Assembly: GCA_002269645.1 (NCBI GenBank)
Contig: NIVC01001100.1
Location: 294,015-358,014, forward strand
Length of the DNA: 64,000 nucleotides
Origin: Macrostomum lignano
Lineage: Eukaryota
Direction of reading: 5' to 3'
This document shows, one piece after another, positions 62,001 through 64,000 of the stretch. A program made the position numbers and the translations under genes. Each line of letters starts with the position of its first letter. Within the stretch, counting starts at the first letter, position 1. The notes beneath the pieces were generated by a model, which did not search any database, was not told where the DNA came from, and saw only the letters and a program-made list of their open reading frames with translations.

Positions 62001-63396
62001 CAGCAACTGAGGATCTGGGAGGCTGGCCTATCAGCTGATGATCTGGGAGGCTGGCCCAGCAACTGAGGATCTGGGAGGCTGGCCCAGCAGCTGAGGATCT
62101 GGGAGGCTGGCCCAGCAACTGAGGATCTGGGAGGCTGGCCCAGCAACTGAGGATCTGGGAGGCTGGTGGCCCAGCAACTGAGGATCTGGGAGGCTGGCCT
62201 AGCAACTGAGGATCTGGGAGACTGGCCCAGCAACTGAGGATCTGGGAGGCTGGCCCAGCAACTGAGGATCTGGGAGGCTGGCCCAGCAACTGAGGATCTG
62301 GGAGGCTGGCCCAGCAGCTGAGGATCTGGGAGGCTGGCCCAGCAACTGAGGATCTGGGAGGCTGGCCTAGCAACTGAGGATCTGGGAGGCTGGCCCAGCA
62401 ACTGAGGATCTGGGAGGCTGGCATAGCAACTGAGGATCTGAGAGGCTGGCCCAGCAACTGAGGATCTGGGAGGCTGGTGGCCCAGCAACTGAGGATCTGG
62501 GAGGCTGGCCTAGAAACTGAGGATCTGGGAGACTGGTCCAGCAACTGGGGATCTGGGAGGCTGGTGGCCCAGCAACTGAGGATCTGGGAGGCTGGCCAGC
62601 AACTGAGGATCTGGGAGGCTGGCCCAGCAACTAAGGATCTGGGAGGGTGGCAGATCCAGATCCTGCGGCCTGTTCGATGCACTTCTAACCAAACTGACGA
62701 CAACAAAGAAAATTTCGAATTCTAAAACACTTTTCGTTAGAGCTAAAAGCGGAAAAAACAGATTGAAGTGCAGAGCGGCTATTCCTGGAACTGGGGGCGT
62801 GGCACGTCAAGGTCGCTCACGCGATGCTCAAAGCAGCTCGAGCTGACATCTGATTCGCCCGACGTTTGAGCAGGAAGCGGAATCAAAACAGATCTTTTTC
62901 AGAGTGTTACCGCGGACACGAAATTCGGATCATGTTTTGGGATTTATTCAAACGAAGAACGCATGTCTGATTTAACAAACTTTTTAACCATGAAACCAAA
63001 AACCTTTTACTTGTTACACTTGGGGTTGGGTGTCTGTCGAGCCCCCAACAATTTCACACCTCGATGCGCATAGATTATTTGAGTCGCACAACTCACGCGA
63101 AACCCAGATTAAAGGACTCAAACGGGTGCAGCAGACTCACCCGTTCGCACTGTCCCAGCAGCCGCTGCCGCTCCATCTCGTGTATCTTCTTGTACTCGAT
63201 AGCGTCCTGGTAGAACAGGATGAGCACGGCTAGGGAAGGCAGCAGGTGAGCGGTGACGACCACAATGGAGTGCACAGGCAGGTAAACCCGGAGGTCGTGA
63301 TTGAACACCCCGGAGCAGGAGGCGGCGCTGGAGCTGCGCAGGAATAGCCAGTAGGCCAGGTTGATGAGGCTCCCGAAGGCGAACACAAGGACGCTA
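59080..63396 (-). CDS. 3' exons of a putative multi-pass membrane protein gene (exons 63141-63396, ~61540/61630-61757, 59080-59343); 5' part lies beyond the window
   Basis: The 63.1-63.4 kb exon encodes two hydrophobic segments around a Cys-containing loop (SVLVFAFGSLINLAYWLFL..C..VYLPVHSIVVVTAHLLPSLAVLILFY) and ends at a phase-0 GTGAGT donor. The 61757 acceptor (CTAAT..cctccttag|) opens a GC3-rich phase-0 frame. The terminal exon starts after tttccggcag| in phase 0 and ends at TGA 59080. The middle exon's donor is unresolved. Confidence 0.55.
59575..59955. repeat. 20-bp pyrimidine minisatellite (TTTACCCTCCTCTCTCCCTC)
   Basis: Direct reading. Confidence 0.93.
60420..61385. repeat. 21-bp minisatellite (CTACC(AG/TG)(T/C)CTACTCTCTCCAT), homogeneous core 60770-61260 with degenerate flanks
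   Basis: Direct reading; VDGESR(L/Q) pseudo-repeat. Confidence 0.94.
61884..62650. repeat. 28-bp minisatellite, third array of the GAGGATCTGGGAGGCTGG family
   Basis: Direct reading. Confidence 0.96.
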
Positions 63397-63449
63397 CTGC
63401 AATTCGGAGGTTGATGCACGCGAGTCAAGACATCTGCTGGGTCTACAGA

Positions 63450-63900
63450 CTCCCAGGATCCCAGATCCCAGATCCCAGGATCTCAGATCCCAGATCCCAG
63501 GATCTCAGATCCCAGGATCCCAGGATCCCAGATCCCAGATCCCAGGATCCCAGATCCCAGGATCCCAGGATCCCAGATCCCAGGATCCCAGATCCCAGAT
63601 CCCAGATCCCAGATCCCAGGATCCCAGATCCCAGATCCAGGATCCCAGATCCCAGGATCCCAGATCCCAGGATCCCAGATCCCAGGATCCCAGATCCCAG
63701 GATCCCAGATCCCAGGATCCCAGATCCCAGGATCCCAGATCCCAGGATCCCAGATCCCAGGATCCCAGATCCCAGGATCCCAGATCCCAGGATCCCAGAT
63801 CCCAGGATCCCAGATCACAGATCCCAGGATCTCAGATCCCAGGATCCTAGATCCCAGATCCCAGGATCCCAGAATCTTGTGTTCAATCCCAGATCCCAGA
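63450..63900. repeat. (GATCCCA/GGATCCCA)n repeat, mostly 15-bp period
   Basis: Direct reading; RIPDP pseudo-repeat. Confidence 0.95.
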
Positions 63901-64000
63901 ATGTGCCCGATAGGGAGAGTCAGCCAGTGGCTGACTTAAACAAATTTGTACTTTTTTGAAGTGAAATAATTAAATAACCAAGCTTTATCTATTTTAACTT

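Noticed and set aside
61984-62570. Chi-like GCTGGTGG octamers in four units of the 28-bp array
   Set aside because: They arise from a 3-bp TGG slippage in the unit, and Chi has no known role in eukaryotic recombination.

Overview
Eukaryotic (animal) genomic DNA with spliceosomal GT-AG introns and an extreme load of minisatellites. The GC3-rich exons, divergent DEG/ENaC and repeat style suggest an invertebrate such as the flatworm Macrostomum, but this is inference only. Genes reconstructed by hand with phase-consistent splice sites are: a 4-exon DEG/ENaC channel (-), a 6-exon GSK3/shaggy kinase (-), a 2-exon ~1167-aa orphan gene head-to-head with GSK3 (+), a 2-exon Rdx/SelW/MIEN1-like thioredoxin-fold gene (-) and a 2-exon Crypton-type tyrosine recombinase (-). 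Partial genes are 3' exons of a membrane-protein gene (-) and an isolated Ig-domain exon (-). Mobile DNA comprises two tRNA-derived SINE families (one with a CORE-like domain), an RNase H-bearing LINE fragment nested inside a SINE, and an RTE-like LINE fragment with a 13-bp TSD. About 30 tandem arrays explain most ORFs in the supplied track, and those ORFs are artefacts. The most striking unexplained signals are (i) a sharply bounded ~3.3-kb GSK3 intron with only one CpG by my scan, in an otherwise CpG-rich window, and (ii) the recombinase locus, bracketed by a 15-bp inverted repeat, iterated TGCCAT(A/G) motifs and a perfect 36-bp-stem hairpin.
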